From NCBI GenBank assembly GCA_963704165.1, contig CAVPHD010000004.1, positions 512,001-576,000 on the forward strand: a stretch of 64,000 nucleotides of DNA, written 5' to 3'. The stretch comes from an uncultured delta proteobacterium. GTDB lineage: Bacteria > Myxococcota_A > UBA9160 > SZUA-336. This document shows, piece after piece, positions 8,565 to 18,077 of this stretch. Under the pieces are notes generated by a model, which had not been told where the DNA came from, did no database searches, and was given only the letters and a program-made list of their open reading frames with translations. The stretch's first letter is position 1. Every line of letters begins with the position of its first letter. The translations under genes and the position numbers were made by a program.

Positions 8565-10016
8565 ATGACCGTTGAGTGCGAGAAATGCCAGACGCGCTTC
8601 CACGTCGCCGATGCCCGCATTCCCGCCAAGGGTGCGCGCGTCCGCTGCTCGCGTTGCCACCATCGGTTCCACATCACCCTGTCTTCCGCCGCGCCCGGGC
8701 AGTCGACCGCCGCAGCCAAGGATAACGCGGCCGAGGAGATCCTCGGCGGCGAGGCCGCGCGCGAAGAAGACCAGCTCGACAATCCGGAGTTCATCTTCGA
8801 TCGGCCGGAGGGTGACCACGGAAGGACCGGTTCCGTTCGTACCGACCTCGCCGACTCGGGACGCCAACAGCCGCATCTCGCCGAGCCGCCGGAACCCGCG
8901 ACGCCGCCCGCACCTCGGGAGGAGCGCGTCGTTTCGAGCGGAGGGGTGACCGCGCAGCAGATGCTCGACGAGGGTGTTCCGGATCTACCGACGGGCCGCA
9001 TCGACGTTCTCGGCTCGCTCGGCGAGACCGACAGCCTGATCGGCAGCCCGGACGAACCGAATGTCTCGACCGCGAGCACGGAGCTCGATGACGCGTTCAC
9101 CGAGTCGAGCGAATCGCTCGCGGTCGTTCCGCCCGCTCGCCCGGCCTCCGCCGAGATCGCCGCGATCGCGGCGGAGCTCGGCGAGGACGAGGACAGCTCC
9201 TTCGCCGATTGGGATCCGCTCTCGACGCCCGCATCCACGCCGGCCGCGGGGATGGTCGAAGCGCCGGCGCCGGCGCCGACACCGGCGACGAAGACGGTTC
9301 TCGACTCGATCCAACCCAAGCCCGCAGCTCGACCCAAGCGGCGTGCGTTGGCCGAGGCCCCGACCTTCGATCCCGAAGCGGTGAGTCCCATCCGTCTGAT
9401 TCTGCGGGTCGCCGCCGTGATCGTCGGCTTGGCGCTCCTGGGTGCCGCCGGCCGCATACTCTGGCTCCAGCGCGGCGGCGATTCATCGGCGCCCGAGGTC
9501 GTGCAGGCGGCGGGCTGGATCGCGGCGGATCTCGAGACCTTCGTCGCGCGAAACGCGGACGGCGAGCGCGTGGTCGTCGTGCGGGGAAACCTGTTCCCGG
9601 AGGGCTCGGCCCCGCCTCCCCGGGTCGAGGTACGACTGCTCGGCGCAGATGGTGAGGCGCTCGTGGTCTCCCCGAGGACCTGGCTCGAGCGGATCGACGA
9701 CGCCGAGATCGCGCCTGAGCGACTCGAACTCCGACTGGCGCAGGCGGGTGGCGACATCGCCGGCATGGGCCAGATGGTCACAGGCTTCACGGCGGTGATT
9801 CCCGATCCGCCGCCGGGCATCCACCGCGTCGAGGTTTCGCTGAGAGCGCCCGAGCGAACCCCGGCCGGTACGGCCACGGCCGACGTTCCAGCGGCGCCGC
9901 CCGCCGACGAGCCCGCGGCCGCCCCAGCGACCGAGACCGCGTCGCCGAGTCCTGCGGCGTCCTCGGGCCTCCCGGAGTCGGACGCGGTCGTTCCCGCTGC
10001 ACCCGCGCCGGAGTAG
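8565..10016 (+). CDS. MJ0042-type zinc-ribbon membrane protein with DUF3426-like extracytoplasmic domain
   Basis: CEKC...CSRC N-terminus, long acidic/Pro-rich linker, one TM helix, beta-rich C-domain. Confidence 0.82.
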   Translation: MTVECEKCQTRFHVADARIPAKGARVRCSRCHHRFHITLSSAAPGQSTAAAKDNAAEEILGGEAAREEDQLDNPEFIFDRPEGDHGRTGSVRTDLADSGRQQPHLAEPPEPATPPAPREERVVSSGGVTAQQMLDEGVPDLPTGRIDVLGSLGETDSLIGSPDEPNVSTASTELDDAFTESSESLAVVPPARPASAEIAAIAAELGEDEDSSFADWDPLSTPASTPAAGMVEAPAPAPTPATKTVLDSIQPKPAARPKRRALAEAPTFDPEAVSPIRLILRVAAVIVGLALLGAAGRILWLQRGGDSSAPEVVQAAGWIAADLETFVARNADGERVVVVRGNLFPEGSAPPPRVEVRLLGADGEALVVSPRTWLERIDDAEIAPERLELRLAQAGGDIAGMGQMVTGFTAVIPDPPPGIHRVEVSLRAPERTPAGTATADVPAAPPADEPAAAPATETASPSPAASSGLPESDAVVPAAPAPE

Positions 10017-10024
10017 CCTCGAGG

Positions 10025-10213
10025 CTACTCGTTCTTCTCGTCGTCACCGTTCTTGGGCGTGACGTCGATCGCGGTCGGCTCCTTCAGCGCGCCCCGGAAG
10101 TTCTTGATGCCCTCGCCGAGGCCCTTTCCGATCTGCGGCAGACGGCTCGCCCCGAAGATCACGATCACGATCGCGAGGAGGATCAGGAGCTCGGTTGCGC
10201 CAATGCCGAACAT
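10025..10213 (-). CDS. tatA: Twin-arginine translocase TatA/TatE subunit
   Basis: TM helix, FG hinge, [17 protein letters not shown] amphipathic helix. Confidence 0.95.
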   Translation of the reverse strand: MFGIGATELLILLAIVIVIFGASRLPQIGKGLGEGIKNFRGALKEPTAIDVTPKNGDDEKNE

Positions 10214-10275
10214 GACCGGAGGTTCGGCGACGGCCGAGTTGAAGTCAACCGGTCGACCCGGAACACTGCACGCAC

Positions 10276-11628
10276 ATGAAGTCTGCGATCTTCAAGGCCT
10301 ACGACATCCGCGGTCTCGTTCCCGAGGAGCTCGACGCGCCCGCCGCGCTCGCGATCGGCCGCGCGCTCGCGCGAAAGCTCGGCCCGGGCACCGTCGCGGT
10401 CGGCTTCGACATGCGCACCAGCGCCGCCACGCTTCACGAGGCGTTCGTCGCCGGACTTCGCGGTGAGGGGGCCGACGTCGTCGACATCGGACGCGTCGCG
10501 ACGCCGATCCTGAATTTCGCAACGGCGAAGCTGCGAACCGTCGGCGGCGCGATGATCACGGCTTCGCACAATCCCGGCGCTTACAACGGGTTCAAGCTCT
10601 GCGGTCCGAATGCCGCGCCGATCGGGATCGAGTCGGGACTTCGCGAGGTCCGGGACGTCGCACTCGGTCTCCACGGGCAACCGGCGCCGGCCCCGCGCGG
10701 AACGCTGCGCCGCGAGGACGTGAAGCCGCGCTACTACGAGATGCTGCTCGAGCTGTTTCCATCGCGGCCGCGACTGCGCGCCGTGATCGATGCCGGAAAC
10801 GGGATCGCGGGCGAAGCCTTCTCGGGCCTGCTCGACCGGCTGCCGCTCGACGCGAAGCGCTTGTACTTCGAACCCGACGGGACCTTTCCCAACCACGAAG
10901 CCGACCCGCTCAAGCTCGAGAACCTCGCGGACTTGCGAGAAGCGGTACTCGCCGAGCGCGCGGACCTCGGCATCGCGTTCGACGGCGACGGCGACCGGGC
11001 GGTCTTCGTCGATGAGACCGGAGAGCCGATCCCCGCGGACCTTCTGACCGCGCTCTTCTGTGAAGTCATCCTCGAGCGCGGGCTGCTCGGCGCGGGAGCG
11101 GGCGCCTCGATGCTCTACGACCTGCGCTCGAGCCGGATCGTGCCCGAGACGCTTCGCGCGCGCGGCGCGGTGCCGATCCGCAGCCGCGTCGGCCACGCCT
11201 TCATGAAGGCCGTGATGCGCGAGCGCGGCGCCTGTTTCGGCGGCGAGCTCTCGGGCCACTACTACTTCCGGTTTCCCGCGGGATACATCGGCGACGATGG
11301 CGCGGCCGCGGTGATGCTCCTGCTCGAGGCGCTCGCGACGCGCAAGCAAAAGCTCTCGACGCTGTGGCGGCCGTATCGACGATACCGGCAGAGCGGCGAG
11401 ATCAATCGGCGCGTCGCTGACGTTCCCGCGACGCTCGCGCGCGTTCGTGCTGCGCACGCGGCGGGTGAAGCCGACGAGCTCGACGGGCTCACCGTCAACT
11501 ATCCCGACTGGTGGTTCAATCTGCGCCCGTCGAACACCGAGCCTCTTCTGCGCCTGAACCTCGAGGCCGCGAGCGACGCCGAGGTCGCCGCGAAGCGCGA
11601 CGCCCTGCTCGCGCTGATCGAAGGCTGA
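10276..11628 (+). CDS. Phosphomannomutase/phosphoglucomutase
   Basis: [34 protein letters not shown]. Confidence 0.95.
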   Translation: MKSAIFKAYDIRGLVPEELDAPAALAIGRALARKLGPGTVAVGFDMRTSAATLHEAFVAGLRGEGADVVDIGRVATPILNFATAKLRTVGGAMITASHNPGAYNGFKLCGPNAAPIGIESGLREVRDVALGLHGQPAPAPRGTLRREDVKPRYYEMLLELFPSRPRLRAVIDAGNGIAGEAFSGLLDRLPLDAKRLYFEPDGTFPNHEADPLKLENLADLREAVLAERADLGIAFDGDGDRAVFVDETGEPIPADLLTALFCEVILERGLLGAGAGASMLYDLRSSRIVPETLRARGAVPIRSRVGHAFMKAVMRERGACFGGELSGHYYFRFPAGYIGDDGAAAVMLLLEALATRKQKLSTLWRPYRRYRQSGEINRRVADVPATLARVRAAHAAGEADELDGLTVNYPDWWFNLRPSNTEPLLRLNLEAASDAEVAAKRDALLALIEG

Positions 11629-11683
11629 GATCGCGCGCCGGGGTTTCCTCGCCGGGCCGGACGTCCTCCGGCGCGGCTTCGCA

Positions 11684-12436
11684 TTGCTGCGCGGCGAACC
11701 TTCGCTCTGGCCCTGGGCCGCGCTTCCCCTCTTGTTGAACCTGACGGCGTTCGGGCTGGCGATCTGGGCGTTCGTCGCGAACCTCGACGGGATCGCGGCG
11801 CCGCTCGAGCGCGCGCTCGACCCCGGCGAGCCGGCGGAAGTCTGGGGTTGGATCTGGGCCGGGCCGCTGCTCGTGCTCGCGTTCCTGGCGCGATGGTTTC
11901 TGCTCGCGGTGCTCGGCGTCGCGATCTACTTCCTGTTCACGGTTCTCGGCGGCGTCGTCGCGGCCCCATTTCTCGACGTGCTCTCCGAACGGGTCGAGCA
12001 GATCGTGACGGGTGCGTCTCCGCGCGCGGACTCCACGCTCGCGGATTTCGTTCGCGGCGCGCTCCGCAGCATCGTCGAGGAGGGCAAGCGCGCGGCGTTC
12101 TTCCTGTCGGTGCAGCTCGGGATCCTGCTCTTCGGCCTGATTCCCGGTGTTCAGCCGATCGCCGCTCTCGCGAGTCTCGGCTTCACGTCGCTCTTCCTGC
12201 CACTGGATTACACCGCCTACGCGTTGGATCGGCGCCGAGTCCCGTTCCGGCTGCGGAGGCGATGGATCTTCGGTCACGCGCCCGAGATGCTCGGCTTCGG
12301 TGGTTTCGGAGTCGTGCTCTTCTTCGTGCCCGGCCTCTCGTTCCTCTGCCTGCCGTGGCTCGTGACCTCGGGCACGTTGCTCGCGCTCGACCTCGGCCCG
12401 CCGGACGGGCGAACGGCCGTCACGCCGGGCGAGTGA
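11684..12436 (+). CDS. EI24/CysZ-family membrane protein
   Basis: Multiple TM helices, AAPFLDVLSERVE, LDY...LDRR; start uncertain. Confidence 0.8.
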   Translation: MLRGEPSLWPWAALPLLLNLTAFGLAIWAFVANLDGIAAPLERALDPGEPAEVWGWIWAGPLLVLAFLARWFLLAVLGVAIYFLFTVLGGVVAAPFLDVLSERVEQIVTGASPRADSTLADFVRGALRSIVEEGKRAAFFLSVQLGILLFGLIPGVQPIAALASLGFTSLFLPLDYTAYALDRRRVPFRLRRRWIFGHAPEMLGFGGFGVVLFFVPGLSFLCLPWLVTSGTLLALDLGPPDGRTAVTPGE

Positions 12437-12989
12437 CGCGGTCGGCGATCTTCCGGAACCAGATCGCCTTTGGATTCGCGCTGGCTTCGAACTCGAGCCG
12501 GGCGACCCCGTTCGGGGCCGCGGCGAAGGCGCGTGCGAGCTTGGCGCCCAGACCGACACCGACGAATGTCACCCGCGTCTCGTCGAGCGCCGGGTCGGTG
12601 GCGACGAGCCCGAGCAGTTGCGCGAGGTCGGCCGCGACCTGCGCTTCGATCTCCGGTCGGAGCCGCTTGGCGAGCGCGGTCGTCGTGCCGAGCGCGAGCG
12701 CCGAGAGCTTGTCGCTCTTGCGCGCACCACAGAGCGGCAGGTCGAACGTCACGAGCGCCGCGTGCGCGCACCAGGCCGAAGCGGCGCTTTCGACGAAGGC
12801 GGAGCTCGCGCAGCCATCGGGTCCGGCGAGCAGGATCACCGGGTGGGGACCGCGGCCCGTCGGTCGAACGGTGCACCCGTGCACGCGGTCGCCCCGCGAG
12901 AGCAGACTCCACGCCGTCCTCGCGCCGTCGCGGCGCAGCGCGAGCCCGGGAACGCCCGCGATCGACTTCGACTCGGTCGAGCGGCGCAT
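12420..12989 (-). CDS. Truncated alpha/beta-hydrolase-fold protein lacking the nucleophile serine
   Basis: FDLPLCGAR, DETRVTFVGVGLG (GxSxG position); ATG coupled to upstream stop (TGATG). Confidence 0.65.
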   Translation of the reverse strand: MRRSTESKSIAGVPGLALRRDGARTAWSLLSRGDRVHGCTVRPTGRGPHPVILLAGPDGCASSAFVESAASAWCAHAALVTFDLPLCGARKSDKLSALALGTTTALAKRLRPEIEAQVAADLAQLLGLVATDPALDETRVTFVGVGLGAKLARAFAAAPNGVARLEFEASANPKAIWFRKIADRVTRPA

Positions 12990-13726
12990 CAGGCGGCGAG
13001 CCGCTGGCCGAGCCGCTGACAGAGCGCTCGCAGATCCCGGGCCGTCGCGCTCCCGGCTTCGAGCGCGTGCAGCGATTCGCCCCGGAGCAGCAGGCGATAG
13101 CTCGCGGCGTCGCGGGTGAGCCCGCCGAGGAGCTCGATCTCGACCCCGTACTGGCGGCGCGACGCCGCGGCGAGTCGCCCGATCAGCTCCGCAGCAGCCG
13201 CCGGTGAATCGGAGCCGACGACCAGAGCGAGTACGCGCCGGTTCGTGAGCGCCGGAGCGTACTCGCGCAGGAATCCGAGCGTCTTGCCGAGACCCCAGGG
13301 CGCGAGCTCGACCGGAAGCAGCACCGCGTCGAGGCCGTCGGTGGGGATCCGGCCGAGCATCGCCCCAAGCCGTGCCGGACTCTCGATCGCGATCGCCGGC
13401 ACGTCGTCTGGAACCGCGGCGAGCGCTTCGGCCGGATCCTCGCTGATCTGCCACACGACGCCGGGGACGCGCGGCAGCAGGGGAGACGCAGGGAACGAGC
13501 TGATGACGCACGCGCCGTGGGCCTCGGCGATCATGCCGCCGGCGAGCTCGAGCGCGAGCGAACAGGTCAGGGGCCGATCGGGATCCGCGGGCAGGCCGTA
13601 ACGGGCCGCGCGCGACGCCGAAGCCGAACGGGGGCGCTCGCGTGCATCTGCCGCCTCGCGAGCCTCTCTCTGCTCCTCCTCGGAGATGAAGTAATGAAGG
13701 ACGTCTCCGAGGTTCCTGCGCGCCAA
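12989..13726 (-). CDS. Degenerate MinD/FlhG-like protein without Walker A
   Basis: N-terminal RRNLGDVLHYFIS; C-half resembles FlhG/MinD (IELLGGLTRD...SATARDLRALCQRL); TTG start 14 nt after the parA stop. Confidence 0.6.
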   Translation of the reverse strand: MARRNLGDVLHYFISEEEQREAREAADARERPRSASASRAARYGLPADPDRPLTCSLALELAGGMIAEAHGACVISSFPASPLLPRVPGVVWQISEDPAEALAAVPDDVPAIAIESPARLGAMLGRIPTDGLDAVLLPVELAPWGLGKTLGFLREYAPALTNRRVLALVVGSDSPAAAAELIGRLAAASRRQYGVEIELLGGLTRDAASYRLLLRGESLHALEAGSATARDLRALCQRLGQRLAA

Positions 13727-13740
13727 AGCCGGCTCTCGTG

Positions 13741-14838
13741 CTAGCTGATGATGAGCACCGAGTTTACCCCGCCCGCGGGGCCTTCGACGCGACGGGGATT
13801 GCTCGGGTCCGGCTGCCATTCACCATCGACGAAGTAGCGGTACTGATACACGCCCGGTCCCAGACGCACGACCTTCTCCCAGGTGCCCTTCGGGCCCAGC
13901 CTCGTCTCGACGCCCTGGTCGGGGATCCAGTTGTTGAAGTCGCCCGCGAGCTGGACCTCGCGCACGTTCGGGTTCTTGAACGTGAAGACCACGCCCTTGG
14001 CGGAGGCCGACGCGACCTCGATCGGATCGGGCTGCGGAGCCTTGGGTTTGGCGGGCAGCTGCTCCTCTTCGCGGTCGTACAGGACTTCGAGAGCGAGCGA
14101 CATGTAGTCGACGAATCCGTACGAGCGGCGGTCGAGCTTCGCGATCGGAATCCCGCGCTGCGCCGCTTCGCGCAGGCGCACGTTCGAGCGGATCACCGTG
14201 TCGAAGACGAGGTCCTTGTAGGTCTCGCGGATCTCCGCCAGCGCTCGCTTCGCGAATCGCGTGCGGCCGTCGAAGAGCGTCGGCAGGATGCGGATCTTCA
14301 GCGAGTGGCCGATCCGATCCTCGAGCAGGCCGATCGTCTCGAGCAGCTTGCTCACGCCGTGCATCGAGAAGTAGCTCGTCTCGAGCGGGATGATGACTTC
14401 CTGCGCGGCGCGCAGCGCGTTGAACGTCAGGATCCCGACGTTGGGCGGGCAGTCGATCAGGATGAAGTCGTACTGCTTCTCGAGCTTCGCGATCGCCGCG
14501 GCGAGTCGCTCCGTGCGACCCCTCGCTCCCTCGGCGCCGAGCTTCTGCTCGAGCGCGGAGAGGATCACGCCGGACGGAGCGACGTCGAGGTTCTGCGAGG
14601 CGTTGGTGATCACCTCGTCGAGCTTCGCACCGGCGCCATCCGGTTCCGCCAGCACTTCGTAGAGGTTCTCGTCGACTTCTTCGGGATCGATGCCGAGGCC
14701 GAGCGTGGCGTGCGCCTGCGGATCCATGTCGACCACGAGCACCGCATGACCCTCGGCGGCGAGACATCCCGCGAGACTCACGACGGAGGTGGTCTTGCCG
14801 CAACCACCTTTCTGATTCATGACCGCGATGCAGCGCAT
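13741..14838 (-). CDS. ParA/Soj-family ATPase fused to a C-terminal AMPK-beta/CBM48 glycogen-binding domain
   Basis: NQKGGCGKTT, DMDPQ, IDCPP; C-terminal VQLAGDFNNW...GVYQYRYFVDGEWQPDPSNP...NSVL. Confidence 0.92.
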   Translation of the reverse strand: MRCIAVMNQKGGCGKTTSVVSLAGCLAAEGHAVLVVDMDPQAHATLGLGIDPEEVDENLYEVLAEPDGAGAKLDEVITNASQNLDVAPSGVILSALEQKLGAEGARGRTERLAAAIAKLEKQYDFILIDCPPNVGILTFNALRAAQEVIIPLETSYFSMHGVSKLLETIGLLEDRIGHSLKIRILPTLFDGRTRFAKRALAEIRETYKDLVFDTVIRSNVRLREAAQRGIPIAKLDRRSYGFVDYMSLALEVLYDREEEQLPAKPKAPQPDPIEVASASAKGVVFTFKNPNVREVQLAGDFNNWIPDQGVETRLGPKGTWEKVVRLGPGVYQYRYFVDGEWQPDPSNPRRVEGPAGGVNSVLIIS

Positions 14839-15040
14839 GCCTGTCCCTCCCCTTTACGAGACAGAGATCCGAACGGGGGCGTGCAACGGCAAGCGAATGA
14901 GCGACAACGGAAGGGGCGGCCTAGCATCCCGCGGATCACGCGTGGATGCTCCGCTCGATTCCGACGAGGCAGATCGCAAGATCTCCCTCAACTCTCCACC
15001 CCCATTCGAACCGAACGAAACGTAGCAGCAGGAGAATCCG

Positions 15041-16000
15041 ATGGCCAACTCCGGACAGCCACACCGGACGAGAATCGGGGTGCTCGACCTGGGCTCGAAC
15101 ACCGTCTTGCTGCTCGTAGCCGATGCCGAGGGCAACGTGATCCGCGACACCGCGCGAATCACGCGTCTCGGCCAGGGAGTCTTCACGAGTTCGGCGCTCG
15201 CGCCCGACGCGATCTCGCGCACACGTGCAGCGATCGCGGAGCTATCAGCGCTGGCTCGCGCGGACGGCGTCGAACGCCTGATCGCCGTCGGCACCGAGGC
15301 GCTTCGCTGCGCACGCGACGGCGCAGACTTCCTTGCGGGGCTGGTGAGCGATGGTGTCGTGGATGCTGCGAGCGTTCTCTCCGGTGAGCAGGAAGCCGAG
15401 GTCGCCGTCGAGGCGACGCGGCAGCGGATCGGCGCGCGGGCCGAATCGCTGGCCGTGATCGACGTGGGCGGTGGCAGTACGGAGATCGCCTGGCGCGCGC
15501 GCGCGGATTCGCCGATCGAGGGGGTCTCGCTACCGCTCGGGAGCGTGCGCCTGACCGAGGCGATGCTGCCGCGTCATCCGGTTCCGGAGTCCGATCTCGA
15601 TCTCGTCCGCGCCGAGGTACGGCGCGCGACGGAGCCGCTCGCACGCGCTCTGCCGAGCGGCCTGCCCGTGGGCGCGGCCGTGGTCGCGGTCGCGGGTACC
15701 GCAACCACGCTCGCCGCGCTCGATCTCGGGCTCGAGCCCTATGACGAAGCGCGGATCGAGGGACTCGAGCTCGACGCGGAGACGCTCGCCACGTGGATCG
15801 AGCGGTTGGCACGGCTCGGTGTCGCCGAGCGCAAGCGACTTCCGGGTCTCGAGGCCGGGCGTGCGGACGTCATCGTCGCCGGCCTGCTCGCGCTCGCCGG
15901 CGTTCTCGAGCGACTTCGCGCGCGGCGCTTTGCGGTGTCGGGCCGGGGTGTACGGCACGGCGTCGCGCTCCGCGTGCTCGCTGGCGAGATGGTCATTTGA
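15041..16000 (+). CDS. Ppx/GppA phosphatase family protein (short form)
   Basis: DLGSNT, RLGQG, GTEALR, DVGGGSTE, GSVRLTE, GRADVI. Confidence 0.92.
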   Translation: MANSGQPHRTRIGVLDLGSNTVLLLVADAEGNVIRDTARITRLGQGVFTSSALAPDAISRTRAAIAELSALARADGVERLIAVGTEALRCARDGADFLAGLVSDGVVDAASVLSGEQEAEVAVEATRQRIGARAESLAVIDVGGGSTEIAWRARADSPIEGVSLPLGSVRLTEAMLPRHPVPESDLDLVRAEVRRATEPLARALPSGLPVGAAVVAVAGTATTLAALDLGLEPYDEARIEGLELDAETLATWIERLARLGVAERKRLPGLEAGRADVIVAGLLALAGVLERLRARRFAVSGRGVRHGVALRVLAGEMVI

Positions 16001-16016
16001 TAACGTCCATCGGTCT

Positions 16017-17162
16017 GTGGAACAGACCATCCTCGTCGTCGTCGGTCCGGACGGGCCGCGTCCGTTCATGCGCGGGATCCTGGTGCAATCGCTCGTCTCA
16101 CGCGGCGTGCCATTCGATGTCGCGCTGGAGACCGCGACCGCGATTCGCGACCGCATCGCGGCCAAGCAACAGGTACTCGTCGCCGAGCTCTCGAGCCTCG
16201 TCGACGAGTTGCTCGACGATCGATACGACCTCGACGCGCCCGTCATTGCCGCCATCGCCGAGCCTCCGCGCGTGCTCGAGGAGACGGGATCCGGCAGCCC
16301 GTTCTCGAAGGGGATCCTCGCGGTCTCCCTGATGGGCGCGGGGCTCGAGCCGGATGTCGCGCAGGACGCGGCGCGCGAGATCGAGGCGCGACTTCTTCGC
16401 CAGGGTGTGGCGAACATCGACCGCACGAAGCTCCGCGACCTGGTCGCCGAAACGCTCGAGCGCACGCACGGGGAAGGCCCCGCGAGCCGCTACCGGATCT
16501 GGCGCGCCGCGCGCGACGACGGAAAGCCGAGTCTGGTGCTCCTCGGAGGCGCCACGGGCACGGGCAAGACGTCGATCGCGATCGAGGTCGCGCGACGGCT
16601 CGAGATTCCGCGCGTGATCGGCACCGACTCGATACGTCAGATCATGCGCCTGATGTTCTCTCCGGACCTGATGCCGGAAATCCACTCCTCGACCTTCGAT
16701 GCGCACATCGGAATGCCGCACACGGTCGCGCCCACCGGCGAGCCCGTCGTCGTCGGATTCCGCGAACAGGCACAGAAGATCGCGGTTGGCGTGCACGCGC
16801 TCTTCGATCGAGCCGTCGAGGAGAACACGAGCATGCTGATCGAGGGTGCGAATCTGGTTCCCGGCATGCTCGATCTCGCCCGCTATCGCGAACGCGCCCA
16901 CGTTTCGTTCATCATGACCGGAACGCTCGATCGCGAGGCCTATCGCAGCCGGTTCACTTCTCGCGCTGCCAAGGCGCGCGGCCGTTCGGCCGATCGGTAC
17001 CTGGAGCACTTCGAAGACATCTTGATGATCCAGAACTACCTGCTCGCCGAGGCGGAGCGCCACGAGTTGCCGATCATCGACAATCGGCACTTCGACACCG
17101 CCGTCGTCGCGGTGATCCGATCCGTGATCGCGACCCTGCCGGCCTTGCGACCACAGGCGTAG
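16017..17162 (+). CDS. 2-phosphoglycerate kinase-like P-loop kinase with tandem ATP-cone domains
   Basis: PFMRGILVQSL and PFSKGILAVSL repeats; GGATGTGKT, GTDSIRQIMR, IEGANLVPG. Confidence 0.85.
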   Translation: MEQTILVVVGPDGPRPFMRGILVQSLVSRGVPFDVALETATAIRDRIAAKQQVLVAELSSLVDELLDDRYDLDAPVIAAIAEPPRVLEETGSGSPFSKGILAVSLMGAGLEPDVAQDAAREIEARLLRQGVANIDRTKLRDLVAETLERTHGEGPASRYRIWRAARDDGKPSLVLLGGATGTGKTSIAIEVARRLEIPRVIGTDSIRQIMRLMFSPDLMPEIHSSTFDAHIGMPHTVAPTGEPVVVGFREQAQKIAVGVHALFDRAVEENTSMLIEGANLVPGMLDLARYRERAHVSFIMTGTLDREAYRSRFTSRAAKARGRSADRYLEHFEDILMIQNYLLAEAERHELPIIDNRHFDTAVVAVIRSVIATLPALRPQA

Positions 17163-17173
17163 AAGGAGGAAGC

Positions 17174-18022
17174 GTGCCACGAGTGGGAATGCGGCTCTGG
17201 CTCTGCGCGTTCGCGCTCGCGCTCTCCGCCTGCGGGACGCTCAGCGTCCAGGAGGAGAAGCAGATGGGCGCGCAGGCTCAGGCGCAGCTGCGCAAGCAGC
17301 TCACCTTCGTGCGCGATCCCGTCACGGTGAACTACGTGCGGAAATTCGGCGAGAGCCTCGCGGCGGCGGCACGTCCCTCGCCGTTCGAGTTCCGCTTCTA
17401 CGTGGTCGAGGACGAGACGCTGAACGCCTTCGCGATCCCCGGCGGCGCGATGTACGTGAACACCGGGCTGATCCTGGCCGTGGAGAATTCGGCCGAGCTC
17501 GCGGGCGTGCTCTCGCACGAGATGGGGCACGTCACCGCACGCCACGTCGCGCAGATGGCGAACCGCAGCCGCAACACGGGCTTCGTCGCGAACATCTTCT
17601 ACATGCTGGTCGCGATCCTCACCGGAAATCCGTATCTCGCGAACGCGGGTGGACTCGCGGGCTCCGTCGCGGGTCAGGCGTACATCAACACCTACACACG
17701 CGATGCCGAACGCGAGTCGGACGCGCTCGCGGTCGAGACGATGGTGCACGCGGGGTGGAATCCCGAGGCCCTCGTCACGATGTTCGAGACGCTCAAGAAG
17801 GAGTCCGGCGGCTTCAGCGGTCCGCAGTTCCTCTCGAGTCACCCGGCCACGGACGAGCGCATTCAGAACGTCCAGCGTGACATCGCGAAGTATCCAGGCT
17901 CCGACAAGCTGAGGCTCGACGACGGGAAGCTTCCGATCATCCAGGAACGCCTGCGCCTGATCGTCGGCACCGACCGGGAAAAGCCCGCCGACGACGAAGA
18001 GGGTGAAACGGACGACGAGTAG
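17174..18022 (+). CDS. M48 family metalloprotease, lipoprotein
   Basis: Lipobox LSAC, NAFAIPGG, HEMGH, ERESD, LSSHP. Confidence 0.92.
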   Translation: MPRVGMRLWLCAFALALSACGTLSVQEEKQMGAQAQAQLRKQLTFVRDPVTVNYVRKFGESLAAAARPSPFEFRFYVVEDETLNAFAIPGGAMYVNTGLILAVENSAELAGVLSHEMGHVTARHVAQMANRSRNTGFVANIFYMLVAILTGNPYLANAGGLAGSVAGQAYINTYTRDAERESDALAVETMVHAGWNPEALVTMFETLKKESGGFSGPQFLSSHPATDERIQNVQRDIAKYPGSDKLRLDDGKLPIIQERLRLIVGTDREKPADDEEGETDDE

Positions 18023-18077
18023 TGTTCCGGCGTACAATTGGATCGCTGCACGGGACTGCAGCCGGAGGCGCGAGAGA

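Noticed and set aside
10219..10248. Sigma28-like site before tatA (TCAAC...GCCGAACC)
   Set aside because: Spacer is only 9 nt; better explained as a sigma70 TTGACT-N17-GAACCT leaderless promoter
13741..14838. Chromosomal parAB/origin locus
   Set aside because: No parB, no parS palindrome noticed and no origin-linked genes; the CBM fusion is atypical of chromosomal ParA
14988..15017. Sigma28-like promoter before ppx (TCAAC...ACCGAACG)
   Set aside because: Spacer is 17 nt instead of 14-15 and the -10 is weak
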